Source of the DNA: Thermoanaerobaculia bacterium
GTDB lineage: Bacteria; Acidobacteriota; Thermoanaerobaculia; Multivoradales; JAIOJS01
Reading direction: 5' to 3'
NCBI GenBank assembly: GCA_036005845.1
Contig: DASYQD010000029.1
Location: 4,204 to 68,203 of the forward strand
Length of the DNA: 64,000 nucleotides
Part shown: piece after piece, positions 61,291 to 64,000 of the stretch
How positions within the stretch are numbered: the first letter of the stretch is position 1
Layout: every line of letters starts with the position of its first letter
Program-made: the position numbers and the translations under genes
The notes under the pieces: model-generated
What the model was told of the DNA's origin: nothing
Database searches by the model: none
The model's input: only the letters and a program-made list of their open reading frames with translations

Positions 61291-61411
61291 TGGCGGGCTG
61301 TCAAGCACCGCCTGAGACTTCTGCTGTCGCCGTCGCGCCCCTTGCCGTCACCGCCGCGCGCCCTACGGGCGCCGCGCGACGGACAGTCGATCCGCGGGAT
61401 CGGCGGCCCGC

Positions 61412-62470
61412 TCAGTCGCCGAGCGGCGTAACGAGCAGCTCGCCCTCGCGGCGGCTGATCGGCGCCGAGGCGACGTCTTCGTGCGCGCGCGTCAGCAAGA
61501 CCTCCGACCACTCGCTACGCGGCGGAAGCGCGACGCCGGGGCCGACGACGACGCGGCGCAGGCGCGCGCCCGCGCCGGCGCTCGCGCCCGGCAGCAGCAA
61601 CGACTCCTCGACCACGGCTCCGGCCGCCACGCGCGTGTCGCGCTCGAGGACGACGCGGCGCAGCTCGGCGTCGCCGGCGACATCCGCGTCTTCGCTGCGC
61701 CACGCGCCTTCCCTCGCTTCGTCGCCGCCCCGGAACGCGAAGTCGAGCATCGCCTCGAGATAGCGGCTCGGCGTTCCCATGTCGTGCCACCGCTTCCAGG
61801 TGACGAGGGCATCGATCCTGCCGCCTTCGGCGAGCAGCGGCTCGAAGAGGTGGCGCATCGAGTCGGAGAAGCCTGCGGGAAGCCGCGCCAGCAGCTCGGT
61901 CTGCAACGCGTAAGCGCCGGCGTACGCGTAGCGCCGCGCCACCGGTCCGAAGCGTGGCTCCCCGCGAATCGCGCGCACGCGGTCGCCCCCATCGATGCCG
62001 ATCCCACCGCCGAAGGGCCGCGGATCCGGGCGGCCGGCGAGCAGCAGCGTCACCGCGCCGCCGCGCCGCCGGTGCCGCGCCAGCAGCTCGCCGAGCGGCC
62101 ACTCGCAGTAGCTGTCGCCGTTGACGAGCAACGCCGTCGTGCACTCGGCGAAGAACTCGCGCAGCGGCACGAACGCGCCGCTGGTGCCGAGGATCGGCTC
62201 CTCGCGCGAGTACACGACGCGCATGCCGCTGTGCTCCTCGCCGACGACCGCAGGGATCGCATCGGCGAGGTGGTGGAGGTTGATCGCCACCGCCTCGCAG
62301 CCCGCAGCCGCGATCGCGTCGAGCGTGCGCAGCAGCAGCGGCCGGCCGAGCACCGGCAGCAGCGGCTTGGGCAGCTCGTCGGTGAGCGGGCGCAGCCGCG
62401 TACCGTAGCCGGCGGCGAGGACGAGCGCGCGCAGCGGACGGTCGTCGTTGCGCGGCACCGACACCTTCAA
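61412..62470 (-). CDS. sugar-phosphate nucleotidyltransferase (NTP-transferase + C-terminal beta-helix-like region)
   Basis: G-x-G-T-R-x-x-P motif LAAGYGTRLRPLT; 352 aa. Confidence 0.8.
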   Translation of the reverse strand: MKVSVPRNDDRPLRALVLAAGYGTRLRPLTDELPKPLLPVLGRPLLLRTLDAIAAAGCEAVAINLHHLADAIPAVVGEEHSGMRVVYSREEPILGTSGAFVPLREFFAECTTALLVNGDSYCEWPLGELLARHRRRGGAVTLLLAGRPDPRPFGGGIGIDGGDRVRAIRGEPRFGPVARRYAYAGAYALQTELLARLPAGFSDSMRHLFEPLLAEGGRIDALVTWKRWHDMGTPSRYLEAMLDFAFRGGDEAREGAWRSEDADVAGDAELRRVVLERDTRVAAGAVVEESLLLPGASAGAGARLRRVVVGPGVALPPRSEWSEVLLTRAHEDVASAPISRREGELLVTPLGD

Positions 62471-62566
62471 ATCGACGCTCGCACCGCAGGAGTGATGGCT
62501 GGCTCTGGGGAGAGCGGGGTGGCAGACAAACCCAGTCTTCTCCTGGGCGGGGGTGCTTCGGGTCTT

Positions 62567-63130
62567 CTAGGGATTGAAGACCATGTCCGGCGGCGAGTCC
62601 GGGTTGGCCTTGACGTAGTCCTCGTAGAGCTCGAGGTAGCTCTTCTTCTCCGCCTCTTCAAGGGTGAGGCCGCAGCGCTTGGCGAGCTTGTCGGCGCCCT
62701 GGCCCTCGAATTCGGCAAAGTCGCCGATCGGCGTGTGGTCGAGGGAGATCAGGACGGCGCCGATCCGCCACTCCTCGCGCATCTTCTGGTAGCGGCGCTG
62801 CACCTTGTAGCCGAGCCGGCGGAGGATCTCCTGCATCACCTCGGCGTCGTCGAGCCGCGTCTGCAGCTCCTCGCGTACCTTGGTCGTCTCCTCCCACTTC
62901 GCCGGGCCCTTCAAGGTGAGCTGGGCGCCGTGGCCGTCGACGCGCAGGCGCAGCACGGCGCCCTCCTTTTGCAGCTCGCCCTTGCCGCGGTCGAAGATCC
63001 AGTTGTCCTCGAAGCCGGGCGGCGCCACGCGCTCTGCCTGCAGCTCGAGCAGGCGGTCGCGCAGGTGCGCCAGCTCGACGCCGGCGAACTTGAGCTCGCG
63101 CTCCTCGGGGGCGCGGCGGGGCTCGCTCAT
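62567..63130 (-). CDS. CYTH-domain protein (CyaB-like triphosphatase / class IV adenylyl cyclase family)
   Basis: N-terminal ExExK motif (ERELKF); CYTH-like length. Confidence 0.75.
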   Translation of the reverse strand: MSEPRRAPEERELKFAGVELAHLRDRLLELQAERVAPPGFEDNWIFDRGKGELQKEGAVLRLRVDGHGAQLTLKGPAKWEETTKVREELQTRLDDAEVMQEILRRLGYKVQRRYQKMREEWRIGAVLISLDHTPIGDFAEFEGQGADKLAKRCGLTLEEAEKKSYLELYEDYVKANPDSPPDMVFNP

Positions 63131-64000
63131 CCGCCGATCTCCGCGACGCGGTCGAGCAGCCGCACGTTGCAGCGGATGCCGTCGTAGAACTGCGGGATCG
63201 ACATCTTCTCGTTGGGCGAGTGCAGGCGGTCGTCGGGGAGGCCGTATCCCATGAGCAGCACCGGCGCGTGGAGCACCGAGGCGAAGGTGTCGACTACCGG
63301 GATCGAGCCGCCTTCGCGGACGCGCAGCGGGCGCTTGCCGAAGGTCTCCTCGAGAGCGTCCATGGCGGCGGCGAAGTAGGGGCCTTCGGTCGTCAGCAGC
63401 ATCGGCTTGCCGTGGTGGAGGAGGACCGCCTCGACGCGCACGCCGGGCGGCGCCAGGCGCTTCACGTGCTCGACGAAGCTGCGGCCGATCTTCTCGGGGT
63501 CCTGGTCGGGGACGAGGCGCATCGACACCTTGGCGCCGCCCCAGGCGGGCAGCACGGTCTTGGCGCCGCCGGCCATGTAGCCGCCGAAGATGCCGTTGAC
63601 GTCGCAGGTCGGGCGCACGGTGGCGCGCAGCAGCGGCGGGTACTGCGTCTCGCCGTCCAAGGCATCGACGCCGAGGTCGCGCTTGTAGGCCTCCTCGTCG
63701 AACGGCAGCGCGGTCATCTCGCGCCGCTCCCACTCCTCGATCTCGCGCACGTCGTCGTAGAAGCCGGGGATGGTGACGCGGCCGGTTTCCCGGTCTTTGA
63801 GCCCGCCGAGGATGCGGGCCAGCGCGTTCAACGGATTGACCACCGGGCCGCCGTAGGTGCCGGAGTGGAGGTCGCGGTTGGGGCCGTAGACCTTCATCTC
63901 CATGTAGGCGATGCCGCGCAGGCCGTAATCGAGCGACGGCTGTCCGGGCCCTAGCATCGAGGAATCCGAGACGACGACGCAGTCGCAGCCGAGCCGGCGG
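63127..64000 (-). CDS. M20-family metallopeptidase/dipeptidase, C-terminal part (gene continues beyond window end)
   Basis: M20 dimerisation/C-terminal catalytic region (..GGSIPVV.., ..HSPNE.. ); open to the window edge. Confidence 0.75.
   Translation of the reverse strand, partial: RRLGCDCVVVSDSSMLGPGQPSLDYGLRGIAYMEMKVYGPNRDLHSGTYGGPVVNPLNALARILGGLKDRETGRVTIPGFYDDVREIEEWERREMTALPFDEEAYKRDLGVDALDGETQYPPLLRATVRPTCDVNGIFGGYMAGGAKTVLPAWGGAKVSMRLVPDQDPEKIGRSFVEHVKRLAPPGVRVEAVLLHHGKPMLLTTEGPYFAAAMDALEETFGKRPLRVREGGSIPVVDTFASVLHAPVLLMGYGLPDDRLHSPNEKMSIPQFYDGIRCNVRLLDRVAEIGG

Overview
This is a high-GC (about 70%) bacterial chromosomal segment with very tight gene packing. Many genes overlap their neighbour by 4 nt at stop/start (GTGA, ATGA, TTGA), and GTG/TTG starts are common. 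The lineage cannot be assigned from sequence alone. The gene content (DivIVA, PpiD, large NAD-dependent glutamate dehydrogenase, mreBCD-mrdA-rodA-rng) fits a Gram-negative, possibly delta-proteobacterial or myxobacterial-like organism.

Most of the window is core genome:
- thyA-folA, ruvA and ruvB (split by a convergent membrane-protein gene), a transsulfuration PLP enzyme, ppiD;
- the full mreB-mreC-mreD-mrdA-rodA-rng morphogenesis cluster;
- a secreted peroxiredoxin and an M16 peptidase pair (one active, one inactive);
- a Zn-ribbon/Wzm/Wzt glycan ABC exporter;
- an M49-like metallopeptidase, a hutI-like amidohydrolase, divIVA, yggS, rnhA, a COG1579 zinc-ribbon protein, and tRNA-Met(CAU);
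- cdsA plus a CDP-alcohol phosphatidyltransferase;
- the roughly 1,600-aa NAD-glutamate dehydrogenase;
- a BMP-family ABC importer, a Leu/Glu-type dehydrogenase, yhbY, and a GntR-ABC-ABC2 permease operon.

The main findings from the hunt are:
1. A family of at least five G-tract-rich intergenic repeats with G-quadruplex-like motifs and GC palindromes.
2. A roughly 1.2-kb low-GC islet encoding a DUF4238 protein plus an overlapping 65-aa ORF.
3. A second low-GC single-gene insertion (DUF3892).
4. A Kdo/WaaP-like kinase fused to a glycoside-hydrolase-like TIM barrel, translationally coupled to rng.
5. A GT-C-like membrane glycosyltransferase paired with a lipoprotein that has a sulfatase/alkaline-phosphatase fold and Thr in the nucleophile position.
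6. An ABC-2 permease fused to a beta-propeller-like domain.

No CRISPR array, rRNA gene or obvious transposase was seen. All domain calls were made by eye from the translations, with no searches.
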